A stretch of 40,000 nt of DNA from Herbaspirillum sp. AP02. GTDB taxonomy: Bacteria > Pseudomonadota > Gammaproteobacteria > Burkholderiales > Burkholderiaceae_D. A program made the translations under genes and the position numbers. The notes beneath the pieces are model-generated. The model was not told the DNA's origin, did no database searches, and saw nothing but the letters and a program-made list of their open reading frames with translations. Each line of letters starts with the position of its first letter. Within the stretch, counting starts at the first letter, position 1. Below, one piece after another: positions 16,476 to 25,914 of this stretch. Location: assembly GCF_015767275.1 (NCBI RefSeq), contig NZ_JADWMY010000003.1, positions 353,249 to 393,248 of the forward strand. Reading direction: 5' to 3'.

Positions 16476-17363
16476 ATGCATCCCGACACCTCCATCGCCT
16501 CCGCCACCGCAGTCAGCTGCGACGACGCCCTGCGCGAACCGCTGGCCCTGCTGGAAGGCCGCTTCGCCGAGGGCAGCGTCGAGGTGCCGGGTGGCCGTGT
16601 CAGCTACCGCAGCTGCGGCAGCGGTCCGGTGGTGGTGCTGTTGCATGGCATCAGCTCGGGCGCGGCCTCGTGGTTGCAGTGCGCGCTCAAGCTGGAGTCG
16701 CAGGCCCGCGTGATCGCCTGGAACGCGCCCGGTTACGGCCGTTCCACACCGCTGACGATGAGCCAGCCCAAGGCGGTCGATTATGCAAGGCGTCTGCAGG
16801 ACATGCTGCTGGCGCTGGAGGTCGAGCAGTGCGTGCTGGTCGGCCATTCGCTGGGGGCGTTGATGGCCGCAGCCTACCTGGCCCATGGCGATGGCCGCGC
16901 ACGCCGCACGCTGCTGGCCGATCCGGCACTGGGCTACGGCGCCGCCGCCAAGCAAGAACGGGCGCACCAGGTGCGGGAAGAGCGCCTGGGCGCCTTGCGC
17001 ACCCTGGGCATCGCCGGCATGGCGCAGAAGCCGACACGCCTGCTGTCGGCCCACGCCAGCGCCCAGGACCACGCCTGGGTGCGCTGGAACATGCAGTGGC
17101 TGGACGCCTCGGGCTACACCCAGGCCGTGCAATTGTTGTGCGGTGACGATATCACGCCCTACCTGCAGGCTGCACCACGACGGGGGTTGTCGGTGGCATG
17201 CGGAGCCGAGGACATCGTCACCACCCCGGAGGCCAGTGAAGGGCTGGCCAGGCAATTCGAACTTCCCTTCAAGCTGGTGGATGCGGCCGGTCATGCCTGC
17301 TATATCGAGCAGCCGTCGCAATTTGCTGCGCTGGTCAGCGCGCAACTCACCTCAACCAACTAG
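16476..17363 (+). CDS. Alpha/beta-fold hydrolase
   Basis: Track ORF 16380..17363; the internal ATG 16476 avoids overlap with the cupin gene. HG motif VVLLHGISSG, nucleophile elbow LVGHSLGA, and a C-terminal AGHACYIEQP histidine region. Confidence 0.8.
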   Translation: MHPDTSIASATAVSCDDALREPLALLEGRFAEGSVEVPGGRVSYRSCGSGPVVVLLHGISSGAASWLQCALKLESQARVIAWNAPGYGRSTPLTMSQPKAVDYARRLQDMLLALEVEQCVLVGHSLGALMAAAYLAHGDGRARRTLLADPALGYGAAAKQERAHQVREERLGALRTLGIAGMAQKPTRLLSAHASAQDHAWVRWNMQWLDASGYTQAVQLLCGDDITPYLQAAPRRGLSVACGAEDIVTTPEASEGLARQFELPFKLVDAAGHACYIEQPSQFAALVSAQLTSTN

Positions 17364-17377
17364 AACAGAAAATCATC

Positions 17378-18211
17378 ATGAACAAACCAGTGATGCCAGA
17401 AGAAGAGTCGCAAGACAAGTATTCCGTCCCCGGCCTGGAACGCGGCCTGCGCCTGCTGTGCGAATTCAGCCGCCAGGACAAGACCCTGTCCGCGCCCGAA
17501 CTGGCGCGTCGCCTGGACATCCCGCGCTCTACCGTGTTCCGCCTGCTGGCCACGCTGGAACGCATGGGCTTCGTCGAGCGCGCCGATGGCGGGCGTGATT
17601 ACCGCCTGGGCATGTCGGTGCTGCGCCTGGGCTTCGAATACCTGGCCTCGCTGGAACTGACCGAGATCGGCCGCCCGCTGCTGGACCGCCTGCGCGACGA
17701 GATCGGCTACTCCTGCAACCTGGTGGTGCGCGATGGCCGCTCCATCGTCTATGTCGCCAAGTCGGTCACCCAGACCGCCTTCACCAGCCACGTCAACGTC
17801 GGTACCCGCCTGCCGGCGCATGCCACCGTGCTGGGCCGGGTGCTGCTGGAAGACCTGAGCCTGCCGCAACTGCGCGCCCTGTATCCGGAAGAACACCTGG
17901 AAGTCTTTTCCAGCAACACCCCCAAGACCGTGGTCGAACTGTTCGACATGGTGCAGGCCGACAAGGAGCGTGGCTTCGTGCTGCAGGAAGGTTTCTTCGA
18001 AACCAGCATCTCCACCGTCGCCGCACCGGTGCGCGATCATTCCGGCAATGTGGTGGCCGCCATGGGCGCCACGATCCCTTCGCCGCACATCGACGCCAGC
18101 CAGCTCGACATCATCGTGGCCCGCGTGCGCGATACCGCGGCCGAACTGTCCCGCCTGCTGGATCACGCCCCGCAGGGTGGTGCCAAGGTAGTCAACATGT
18201 GGCGGGGCTGA
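17378..18211 (+). CDS. IclR-family transcriptional regulator
   Basis: 277 aa. The N-terminal wHTH region (LERGLRLLCEF...LSAPELARRLDIPRSTVFRLLATLERMGFVER) and C-terminal effector domain are typical of IclR. It is embedded mid-operon. Confidence 0.85.
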   Translation: MNKPVMPEEESQDKYSVPGLERGLRLLCEFSRQDKTLSAPELARRLDIPRSTVFRLLATLERMGFVERADGGRDYRLGMSVLRLGFEYLASLELTEIGRPLLDRLRDEIGYSCNLVVRDGRSIVYVAKSVTQTAFTSHVNVGTRLPAHATVLGRVLLEDLSLPQLRALYPEEHLEVFSSNTPKTVVELFDMVQADKERGFVLQEGFFETSISTVAAPVRDHSGNVVAAMGATIPSPHIDASQLDIIVARVRDTAAELSRLLDHAPQGGAKVVNMWRG

Positions 18212-18212
18212 G

Positions 18213-19037
18213 ATGGCGATGACTTCTCTCCAGGGCAAGGTGGCCGTGGTCACCGGCGGCTCTTCCGGCATCGGCCTGGCGACCGTGGAACTGCTGCTGG
18301 AAGCGGGCGCAGCCGTGGCCTTCTGTGGCCGTGATGGCGCCCGGCTGAAGGACGCCGAAGCCGCGCTGCGCGAGCGCCATCCGCAGGCCCGCCTGTATAG
18401 CGCCCCCTGCGACGTGCTCTCGCAGGAGCAGGTGCAGGCCTTCGCCGCCTCGGTGGAAAACACCCTGGGCGGGGTGTCCATGCTGGTCAACAACGCCGGC
18501 CAGGGCCGCGTCTCGACCTTTGCCGATACCGCCGACGAGGCCTGGAGCGAAGAGCTGCGCCTTAAATTCTTTTCCGTGATCTACCCGACCCGCGCCTTCC
18601 TGCCACAACTGCAGGCCATGAGCGCGCAGCACGGGGATGCCGCCATCGTCTGCGTCAATTCGCTGCTGGCCACGCAACCCGAGCCGCACATGGTGGCCAC
18701 TTCCGCCGCCCGCGCCGGCGTGCACAACCTGGTGCGCTCACTGGCCACCGAACTGGCCAATGGCGACGCCGCCCGCGTGCGGGTGAACGGCATCCTGATC
18801 GGCCTGGTGGAGTCGGGCCAATGGCGCCGCCGCTATGCCGCACGCGGCCCCGAACTGCAGGACCAGAGCTGGGCCCAATGGACCGCCGCGCTGGCCGCAA
18901 AGAAACAGATTCAACTCGGCCGTCTCGGCCTTCCCCGGGAAGCCGCGCAGGCGATCGTGTTCCTCGCCACGCCGCTTTCCTCGTACACCACAGGCAGCCA
19001 TATCGATGTTTCAGGAGGACTTTCCCGCCATGCCTAA
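18213..19037 (+). CDS. SDR-family oxidoreductase
   Basis: 274 aa. VAVVTGGSSGIGLA glycine motif and NNAG. The start lies 1 nt after the IclR stop. Confidence 0.85.
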   Translation: MAMTSLQGKVAVVTGGSSGIGLATVELLLEAGAAVAFCGRDGARLKDAEAALRERHPQARLYSAPCDVLSQEQVQAFAASVENTLGGVSMLVNNAGQGRVSTFADTADEAWSEELRLKFFSVIYPTRAFLPQLQAMSAQHGDAAIVCVNSLLATQPEPHMVATSAARAGVHNLVRSLATELANGDAARVRVNGILIGLVESGQWRRRYAARGPELQDQSWAQWTAALAAKKQIQLGRLGLPREAAQAIVFLATPLSSYTTGSHIDVSGGLSRHA

Positions 19038-20769
19038 TACCAACCCCCAAGTGACCGTCGGCTGCGCCATCGCAGCTTTCCTCGAACAGTGCGGCGTGAA
19101 GGCTGCCTTCGGCGTGATCTCGATCCACAACATGCCCATCCTCGACGCCTTCGGCGAGCGCGGCAAGATCCGCTTCATCCCGGCCCGCGGCGAAGCCGGC
19201 GGCGCCAACATGGCCGACGCCTATGCCCGCACCACCGGTGGCCTGGGCGTGTGCCTGACCTCCACCGGGACCGCCGCCGGCAATGCCGCCGGTGCCATGG
19301 TGGAAGCCTTGACCGCCGGTACGCCGCTGCTGCACCTGACCGGTCAGATCGAGACGCCTTACCTGGACCAGAGCCTGGCCTACATCCACGAAGCGCCGGA
19401 CCAGTTGAGCATGCTCAAGGCCATCTCCAAGGCGGCCTTCCGCATCCGCAGCGTGGAGACCGCCATCAGCACCATCAAGCTGGCCGTGCAGACTGCACTG
19501 ACCCCGCCGATGGGCCCGGTCTCGGTGGAAATCCCCATCGACATCCAGGCTGCCCTGATCCCCATGCCCAGCAACCTGCAACCGCTGGCCATCCCGCAAA
19601 GCGTGCCGTCGGCGCGCGCGCTGGATGAACTGGCCGAGCGCCTGATGAAGGCCAAGCGTCCGCTGCTGTGGCTGGGCGGCGGGGCGCGGCATGCCGGTGC
19701 GCAGGTAAAGCGCCTGATGGACCTGGGCTTCGGCGTGGTCACCAGCACCCAGGGTCGCGGCATCGTGGCCGAGGATGATCCGCGCTCGCTGGGCGCCTTC
19801 AACCTGCACAAGCCGGTCGAGCATTTCTATCAGAGCTGCGACGCCATGCTGGTGGTCGGCTCGCGCCTGCGCGGCAACGAAACCCTGAAGTACGAACTGA
19901 AACTGCCGCGCCCGCTGTATCGCGTGGATGCCGATCCGGCTGCCGAAGGCCGCTGCTACACCAGCGACTATTTCGTCTGCGGTGATTCGGCGCTGGTACT
20001 GTCCGGCCTGGCCGACCGTCTGGCCGCGCTGAAGGTCGATCCGGGCTTCATGGCCGACCTGCAGAAGGCACGCGATACCGCCGTGCATGGCCTGGTCGAT
20101 GGCCTCGGCCCCTATAGCGCCCTGGTGGAACAGTTGCAGCAGGCGGCCGGCCGCGAGTTCAACTGGGTGCGCGACGTCACCGTCTCCAACAGCACCTGGG
20201 GCAACCGCTACCTGCGCATCTTCGATCCGCGTGCCGGCGTGCATGCGCTGGGCGGCGGCATCGGCCAGGGTCTGGCCATGGGTATCGGCGCGGCCATCGG
20301 CGCAGCGGTCACGCAGTCCGGCAAGAAGACCTTCACCCTGGCCGGTGATGGCGGCTTCATCCTCAACCTGGGTGAGCTGGCCACGGCCGTGCAGGAACAG
20401 GCCGACATGGTGATCGTGCTGATGAACGACAAGGGCTACGGCGTCATCAAGAACATCCAGGATGCGCAATACGGCGGTCGTCGCCACTACGTGGACCTGC
20501 ACACCCCCGACTATGCCGAACTGTCCTCGGCGCTGAAGCTGCGTCACCAGCGCGTGGGCAACCTGGCCGAGGTGGCCGGGGCGCTGGACGAGGCGTTGTC
20601 GCAGAAGGGCCCCTTCCTGCTGGAGATCGACATGCTGACCATCGGCAGCTTCAAGACCGCCTTCGCCGGCCCGCCGGTCAATCAAGCGGAAAACGCGGAA
20701 AGCGCGGAAAAGGCCGCCGCCGCAGCAGCCGCCGTGGTTGCCGCTGCCGCCACTGCGGCCACCGCCTGA
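19030..20769 (+). CDS. Thiamine-diphosphate-dependent enzyme (acetolactate synthase / decarboxylase-like)
   Basis: Track ORF 18835..20769. The ATG at 19030 (MPNTNPQVTVGCAIAAFLEQCGV) overlaps the upstream stop by 8 nt. ThDP-binding motif GDGGFILNLGELATAVQEQADMVIVLMNDKGYG. Unusual Ala-rich C-terminal tail. Confidence 0.85.
   Translation: MPNTNPQVTVGCAIAAFLEQCGVKAAFGVISIHNMPILDAFGERGKIRFIPARGEAGGANMADAYARTTGGLGVCLTSTGTAAGNAAGAMVEALTAGTPLLHLTGQIETPYLDQSLAYIHEAPDQLSMLKAISKAAFRIRSVETAISTIKLAVQTALTPPMGPVSVEIPIDIQAALIPMPSNLQPLAIPQSVPSARALDELAERLMKAKRPLLWLGGGARHAGAQVKRLMDLGFGVVTSTQGRGIVAEDDPRSLGAFNLHKPVEHFYQSCDAMLVVGSRLRGNETLKYELKLPRPLYRVDADPAAEGRCYTSDYFVCGDSALVLSGLADRLAALKVDPGFMADLQKARDTAVHGLVDGLGPYSALVEQLQQAAGREFNWVRDVTVSNSTWGNRYLRIFDPRAGVHALGGGIGQGLAMGIGAAIGAAVTQSGKKTFTLAGDGGFILNLGELATAVQEQADMVIVLMNDKGYGVIKNIQDAQYGGRRHYVDLHTPDYAELSSALKLRHQRVGNLAEVAGALDEALSQKGPFLLEIDMLTIGSFKTAFAGPPVNQAENAESAEKAAAAAAAVVAAAATAATA
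20686..20712 (+). repeat. 3 x 9-bp in-frame tandem repeat (GCGGAAAAC GCGGAAAGC GCGGAAAAG)
   Basis: Read directly. It encodes AEN-AES-AEK at the start of the low-complexity tail of the ThDP enzyme. Confidence 0.85.
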
Positions 20770-20779
20770 GGAGCCGAGC

Positions 20780-21580
20780 ATGCTGCACGTATCGATGATC
20801 GGATGCGGCGCCATCGGCGTGGGCGTCATGGAGATATTGAAGAGTGACCCCGAGGTCGCCTTCGACATGGTGGTGGTGCCGGAGGCGCACATGGAGCGTG
20901 CCCGCAGCACCGTCTCCACACTGGCGCCCACGGCCCGGGTGGTGTCGCGGCTGGGGGACGAGCGTCCCGACCTGCTGATCGAATGCGCCGGTCACCAGGC
21001 CATCGCCGAACACATCATCCCGGCGCTGGAGCGCGGCATCCCCTGCATGGTGGTGTCCATCGGCGCCTTGTCCGAACCCGGCCTGGTGGACCAGCTGGAA
21101 GCCGCCGCCCGTGCCGGCAAGACCCAGGTGCAGTTGCTCTCCGGTGCCATAGGCGCCATCGACGCCCTGGCCGCGGCCAAGGTCGGTGGGCTGGAATCGG
21201 TGGTCTATACCGGCCGCAAACCACCGCAGGCCTGGAAGGATACGCCGGCCGAGGCTGCCTTCGATCTGGATGCGCTCAAGGAGCCGACCGTCATCTTCGA
21301 AGGCAGCGCCCGCGAAGCGGCGCGCCTGTATCCCAAGAATGCCAACGTCGCCGCCACACTGTCGCTGGCCGGCCTGGGCCTGGACCAGACCCGGGTGCGC
21401 CTGTATGCCGATCCGGGCGTGAGCGAGAACGTGCACTACGTGGAAGCGCGGGGCGCCTTCGGCGGCTTCGAGCTGACCATGCGCGGCAAGCCGCTGGCGG
21501 CCAATCCCAAGACCTCGGCACTGACCGTCTACAGCGTCGTACGCGCCCTGGGCAATCGTGCCCATGCGCTGTCGATCTGA
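20780..21580 (+). CDS. Aspartate dehydrogenase-domain protein (NadX-like)
   Basis: Track ORF 20738..21580. ATG 20780 is preceded by GAGGAG (20768-20773). N-terminal Rossmann motif VSMIGCGAIGVGV. The central region (ECAGHQAI, VSIGAL, SGAIGAID) and C-terminal region (PKNANVAATLSLAG, HYVEARGAFG) resemble L-aspartate dehydrogenases. Confidence 0.75.
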   Translation: MLHVSMIGCGAIGVGVMEILKSDPEVAFDMVVVPEAHMERARSTVSTLAPTARVVSRLGDERPDLLIECAGHQAIAEHIIPALERGIPCMVVSIGALSEPGLVDQLEAAARAGKTQVQLLSGAIGAIDALAAAKVGGLESVVYTGRKPPQAWKDTPAEAAFDLDALKEPTVIFEGSAREAARLYPKNANVAATLSLAGLGLDQTRVRLYADPGVSENVHYVEARGAFGGFELTMRGKPLAANPKTSALTVYSVVRALGNRAHALSI

Positions 21581-21609
21581 GCAGTTGAATATCTGAGCAT
21601 CGCAAGGAC

Positions 21610-23097
21610 ATGTCGACCATGATGAATCTGAACGAAACGCTGCCGATCTGCATCGCCGGTCAATGGCGACTGGGTGGCGGCGACCGTTATGCCACGCTCT
21701 ACCCGGCCACGGGTGAGCCGGTGGCCTACCTGAATGCGGCCAGCGTGGCTGATGTGGGAGAGGCCATCGCCGGTGCCGACCACGCCTTCCGCACCAGCGG
21801 CTGGGCGCAGAAGAAGCCGCATGAACGTGCCGCCGTGCTGTACCGCGTGGCGCAGCTGATCCGCGAACGTGGCGAAGCGCTGGCGCAGATGCAGCGCCTG
21901 GACAATGGCAAGCCCATCAGCGAGACGCGCAATCTGGTGGCCAGCGCTGCCGCTACCTTCCAGTTCTTCGCGGCCGCCTGTGAAACCCTGGAAGAAACCC
22001 TCACGCCCATGCGTGGCGACAACCTCACCATGAGCGTGTATGAACCCATGGGTGTGGTGGCCGCCATCACGCCGTGGAATTCGCCGATCGCCAGCGAGGC
22101 GCAGAAGATGGCGCCGGCCCTGGCTGCCGGCAATGCAGTGGTGGTCAAGCCGGCCGAGGTGACCCCGCTGGCCGCGCTGGAACTGGCGCGCATCTGCATC
22201 GAAGCCGGCGTGCCGGCCGGCATGATCAGCGTGCTGCCGGGCAAGGGCTCGGTGATCGGCGACGCCATCACCCTGCATCCGCTGGTCAAGCGCGTCTCCT
22301 TCACCGGTGGCACCACCACCGGCAAGCACATCGCCCACATCGCCGCCGACAAGATGATGCCGGTCTCGCTGGAACTGGGCGGCAAGTCGCCCACCATGGT
22401 GTTCGAGGATGCCGATCTCGACCATGCCGTGGCCGGTGTGCTGTATGGCATCTTCAGCAGTTCCGGCGAATCCTGCATCGCCGGCTCGCGCCTGTTCGTG
22501 GCGCGCTCGCTGTATGACGGCTTCATGGAACGCCTGGCTGCCGGCGCCGCCGCACTGCGCGTGGGCGATCCGGCCGACGAGCGCACCCAGATGGGGCCGC
22601 TGATCACCGCCCGCCATCGCGAAGGCATCGAGCGCTACGTCGACATCGGCGTCACCGATGGCGGCCGCATCCGCACCGGTGGCGTGCGTCCGCAGGGTGC
22701 GCAGTTCGAACGTGGTTACTACTACACCCCGACCATCATCGAAGGCGTCAGCAATGAGCAACGCATCTGCCAGGAAGAAATCTTCGGGCCGGTGCTGGTG
22801 GCCATGCCCTTCGACAACGAAGACGACCTGATCCGGCAAGCCAACGACAGCGTCTACGCGCTCGCCGCCGGTATCTGGACGCGTGACTACAAGCGCGCCT
22901 GGCGCATCGGCCGCGCAGTGCAGGCCGGCAATGTCTGGATCAACACCTACAAGCAATTCTCGATCTCGACCCCCTTCGGCGGCTGGCGCGACAGTGGCCT
23001 GGGTCGCGAGAAGGGCAGGCTGGGCATCCTGCAGTACATGGAGCAGAAGGCCATGTACTGGGGCATGAACGAACAGCCCTTGCCCTGGGCCGGCTAA
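21610..23097 (+). CDS. NAD(P)-dependent aldehyde dehydrogenase
   Basis: 495 aa. ITPWNSP, the catalytic-Glu motif VSLELGGKSP, the catalytic-Cys region SSGESCIAGSR, and EEIFGPV. Confidence 0.9.
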   Translation: MSTMMNLNETLPICIAGQWRLGGGDRYATLYPATGEPVAYLNAASVADVGEAIAGADHAFRTSGWAQKKPHERAAVLYRVAQLIRERGEALAQMQRLDNGKPISETRNLVASAAATFQFFAAACETLEETLTPMRGDNLTMSVYEPMGVVAAITPWNSPIASEAQKMAPALAAGNAVVVKPAEVTPLAALELARICIEAGVPAGMISVLPGKGSVIGDAITLHPLVKRVSFTGGTTTGKHIAHIAADKMMPVSLELGGKSPTMVFEDADLDHAVAGVLYGIFSSSGESCIAGSRLFVARSLYDGFMERLAAGAAALRVGDPADERTQMGPLITARHREGIERYVDIGVTDGGRIRTGGVRPQGAQFERGYYYTPTIIEGVSNEQRICQEEIFGPVLVAMPFDNEDDLIRQANDSVYALAAGIWTRDYKRAWRIGRAVQAGNVWINTYKQFSISTPFGGWRDSGLGREKGRLGILQYMEQKAMYWGMNEQPLPWAG

Positions 23098-23133
23098 GAG
23101 CGCCGCCCCCCTGAACACGTATTGGAGACACAC

Positions 23134-24105
23134 ATGGACGTATTGGGTATCGACGAAATCATCTACGGCGCGGACGACTTGCCGACCTGCCGCCAGTTCT
23201 TCCTCGACTGGGGCATGCTGCTGGCGCAGGAAAGCGCGGCCGAACTGGTCTTCGAATCGCAGAACGGCTGCCGCGTCATCGTGCGCGACAGCGCCGATCC
23301 CGGCCTGCCGCCGGCCATCGAAGCCGGACCGACCCTGCGCGAGGTGGTGTGGGGCGTGTCCTCGGCCGCCGTGCTGGACAAGTTCGCCGACCGCATCGCT
23401 GCTCTGCCGGGCTACGTCAATGACGGCAAGCGCGTCGGTTGCACCGATCCGAATGGCCTGGCGGTGCGCTTCCAGGTCTCGGTCAAGCGCGATGTCGAGG
23501 TCGAATGCGCACGCATGAACACCTGGAACGAAAAGAACCGCATCAACCAGCGCAGCCCCATCTACGAACATGCCACGCCCATCGAGGTGGGCCACGTGGT
23601 GTTCTTCGTCAAGGACGTCAAGGCCTGCGAACGCTTCTATTGCGAGAACTTCGGCTTCGTGCCCTCGGACCGCTATCCGGAACGCGGCGCCTTCCTGCGC
23701 TGCGCCGATGTCGGCGGGCATCACGACATCTTCCTGCTGCAACCGCCGGAGGCAAGGTCGGGCTTGAACCACGTTGCCTTCACCGTGCGCGACATCCATG
23801 AAGTCTTCGGCGGTGGCATGCACATGTCGCGCAAGGGCTGGGATACCCAACTGGGTCCGGGCCGTCATCCGATTTCCTCGGCCTACTTCTGGTACTTCAA
23901 GAATCCGGCCGGCGGCCTGATCGAATACTACGCCGACGAAGACCAGCTCGATGCCCACTGGGAGCCGCGTGACTTCGAACCCGGCCCGACCGTGTTCGCC
24001 GAATGGGCCATCGATGGCGGCATCGACGGCAACACCCGCCGCCAGAAGAATGCGCAAGGCCCCAGCGGCAAGTTCCTGACCGACCGCGCGCCGGCCGGCA
24101 AGTAA
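23134..24105 (+). CDS. VOC-superfamily two-domain protein, extradiol ring-cleavage dioxygenase-like
   Basis: Track ORF 23122..24105 starts at TTG. ATG 23134 has GGAGA 5 nt upstream. The C-terminal module (VGHVVFFVKDV, GGHHDIFLL, LNHVAFTV, IEYYAD) resembles the His/His/Glu ligand contexts of type I extradiol dioxygenases. Confidence 0.7.
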   Translation: MDVLGIDEIIYGADDLPTCRQFFLDWGMLLAQESAAELVFESQNGCRVIVRDSADPGLPPAIEAGPTLREVVWGVSSAAVLDKFADRIAALPGYVNDGKRVGCTDPNGLAVRFQVSVKRDVEVECARMNTWNEKNRINQRSPIYEHATPIEVGHVVFFVKDVKACERFYCENFGFVPSDRYPERGAFLRCADVGGHHDIFLLQPPEARSGLNHVAFTVRDIHEVFGGGMHMSRKGWDTQLGPGRHPISSAYFWYFKNPAGGLIEYYADEDQLDAHWEPRDFEPGPTVFAEWAIDGGIDGNTRRQKNAQGPSGKFLTDRAPAGK

Positions 24106-24140
24106 GACGGCAATCCGTCATTTGTAGAAAGGAGATCCAG

Positions 24141-25301
24141 ATGTCCTTCAAGATCGGAATCCTGGGCGCCGGCATCGGCGGCCTGACCGCCGCCATCGCC
24201 CTGCAGCGCGCGGGCCATGAGGTGGTGGTGTATGAACAGTCCAAGCAATTCCTGCGCGTGGGCGCGGATATCAACCTCACCCCCAACGCAGTGCGTGCAC
24301 TCGATGGACTGGGCATCGCCGAGGCCGTGCGCCGCACCGCCGCCCGTCCCACCCACCGCATCAGCCGTACCTGGGACAGCGGCGAGGAAACCTCGCGCCT
24401 GGCCATGGGCGACACCGCCGAGCAGAAATACGGCGCACCGCAACTGACCATCCACCGTGCCGACCTGCTGGCGGCGCTGGCCGAGGTATTCCCGCTGGAG
24501 CAGGTGCGCTTTGCCAAGCGCGCCGAGCAGATCAGCGAAGAGGGCGATGGCATCCATCTGCACTTCACCGATGGCAGCACGGACCGCGTGGACGTGCTCA
24601 TCGGTGGCGACGGCATCCACTCTGCCGTACGCACTGCCATGTTCGGTGCCGAGAGCCCGCGCTTCACCGGCGTGGTGGCCTTCCGCGCCGTGGTGCCGGC
24701 CTCCCGCGTGGCCGGCGTGCCCAATCTGCAGGCCTTCACCAAGTGGTGGGGACCGAACCCGGAAAGTCAGATCGTGACCTTCCCGCTCAATCGCGGTGAA
24801 GACATCTTCATCTTCGCCACCACCGCGCAAGAAAGCTGGCACCTGGAATCCTGGACCACCCCGGGCAACGTGCAGGAACTGCGCGATAGCTACGCCGGTT
24901 TCCACCCCGACGCCACGGCCTTGCTGGACGCCTGCGACGAAGTGCTCAAGACCGCGCTGTATGAACGCGATCCGCTGCCGGCCTGGGCGCGCGGCAACAT
25001 GGCGCTGCTGGGCGATGCCTGCCACCCGATGATGCCGTTCATGGCGCAGGGCGCCGGCATGGCCATCGAGGATGCGGTGGTGCTGGCGCGCTGTCTGGCC
25101 AAGGTCACCACGCTGGAGCAGGTGGCAGGATCCTTGCATGCCTATGCGCAGTTGCGCATGGAACGCGCCTCGAAGATTCAGATCGGTTCACGTGGCAACA
25201 ACTGGCTGCGCGAGGGCGGCAACGCCGACTGGGTCTATGGCTATGACGCCTGGACCACGCCGCTGGATGCGCAGCCTGAATCCACCGCCGTCCCTGCGTG
25301 A
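24141..25301 (+). CDS. FAD-dependent aromatic monooxygenase (salicylate / 3-hydroxybenzoate / 6-hydroxynicotinate hydroxylase-like)
   Basis: Track ORF 24003..25301. ATG 24141 is preceded by AAAGGAGA. GxGxxG motif ILGAGIGGLTAA, then LIGGDGIHSAVR and LLGDACHPMMPFMAQGAGMAIEDA (the DG and GD motifs of class A flavin monooxygenases). Confidence 0.85.
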   Translation: MSFKIGILGAGIGGLTAAIALQRAGHEVVVYEQSKQFLRVGADINLTPNAVRALDGLGIAEAVRRTAARPTHRISRTWDSGEETSRLAMGDTAEQKYGAPQLTIHRADLLAALAEVFPLEQVRFAKRAEQISEEGDGIHLHFTDGSTDRVDVLIGGDGIHSAVRTAMFGAESPRFTGVVAFRAVVPASRVAGVPNLQAFTKWWGPNPESQIVTFPLNRGEDIFIFATTAQESWHLESWTTPGNVQELRDSYAGFHPDATALLDACDEVLKTALYERDPLPAWARGNMALLGDACHPMMPFMAQGAGMAIEDAVVLARCLAKVTTLEQVAGSLHAYAQLRMERASKIQIGSRGNNWLREGGNADWVYGYDAWTTPLDAQPESTAVPA

Positions 25302-25308
25302 GCCAGCG

Positions 25309-25641
25309 ATGAGTGCAGAGACCCACTCCGACCGCATGCTCCTGACCATCTTGCTCAGGCATGACCAGTCGAAGAACCTGGAGCAGATCCAGGCGCACAT
25401 GAAGCAGATGGACTGGTGGGAGCGCTTCCCGGTGGAAGGCTGTCGCGTGGTGTCCTGGACCGTGGCCATGGGCCTGGGCCAGATCGTCACCCTGGCGCTG
25501 CCGCCGGCGCTGCTGCCGCAAGTCAATGTCGAGCTGGAGCGCTCGGCCTGGGGCGTGTTCCGTACCGAGTGCTACCCCACTTACGATTTTGTTCCCGTGC
25601 GCGAGCGTATCCGCGAGCGCGTCAGAAATGGAGGCCAATGA
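25309..25641 (+). CDS. Small hypothetical protein (110 aa)
   Basis: Internal ATG 25309 of track ORF 25072..25641, 8 nt after the monooxygenase stop. I recognise no family. Coding is supported only by tight operon packing and the ATGA coupling to the next ORF. Confidence 0.5.
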   Translation: MSAETHSDRMLLTILLRHDQSKNLEQIQAHMKQMDWWERFPVEGCRVVSWTVAMGLGQIVTLALPPALLPQVNVELERSAWGVFRTECYPTYDFVPVRERIRERVRNGGQ

Positions 25642-25874
25642 TGGTTGCAACTGTTACCGATGTCTATCTCAATCCGCACCAGGCACGTCGCCGTGCGCCG
25701 ACCCAGTTCGAAGACCTGCTGGGCGACTCCATCGAGCGCGCCTATGCCGCTGGCATCCACGAACTGGATGCGCTGGTGGCACACCTGAACCGTACCGGCC
25801 CGAGCTGCCCCTACAACCAGGGCGTGTGGACCGCCGCCAACTTCCAGGAAGAGATTGCCCGCCTGGCCGCCTGA
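25638..25874 (+). CDS. Small hypothetical protein (78 aa)
   Basis: Internal ATG 25638 of track ORF 25416..25874, overlapping the previous stop (ATGA). No family recognised. Confidence 0.45.
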   Translation: MMVATVTDVYLNPHQARRRAPTQFEDLLGDSIERAYAAGIHELDALVAHLNRTGPSCPYNQGVWTAANFQEEIARLAA

Positions 25875-25914
25875 TCCGTCCAGACGCCAAGCCAGCCTAC
25901 AGGAGAGTATCCAA

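Noticed and set aside
19030-20769. Idea that the NitT/TauT-type transporter plus ThDP enzyme means taurine/sulfoacetaldehyde (TauABC + Xsc) metabolism
   Set aside because: No tauD, tpa, pta or sulfite-exporter-like genes are present. I cannot recognise Xsc-specific features by eye, and the surrounding gene set (AspDH-like, cupin, hydrolase, ring oxygenases) does not fit. It stays a generic ThDP enzyme.
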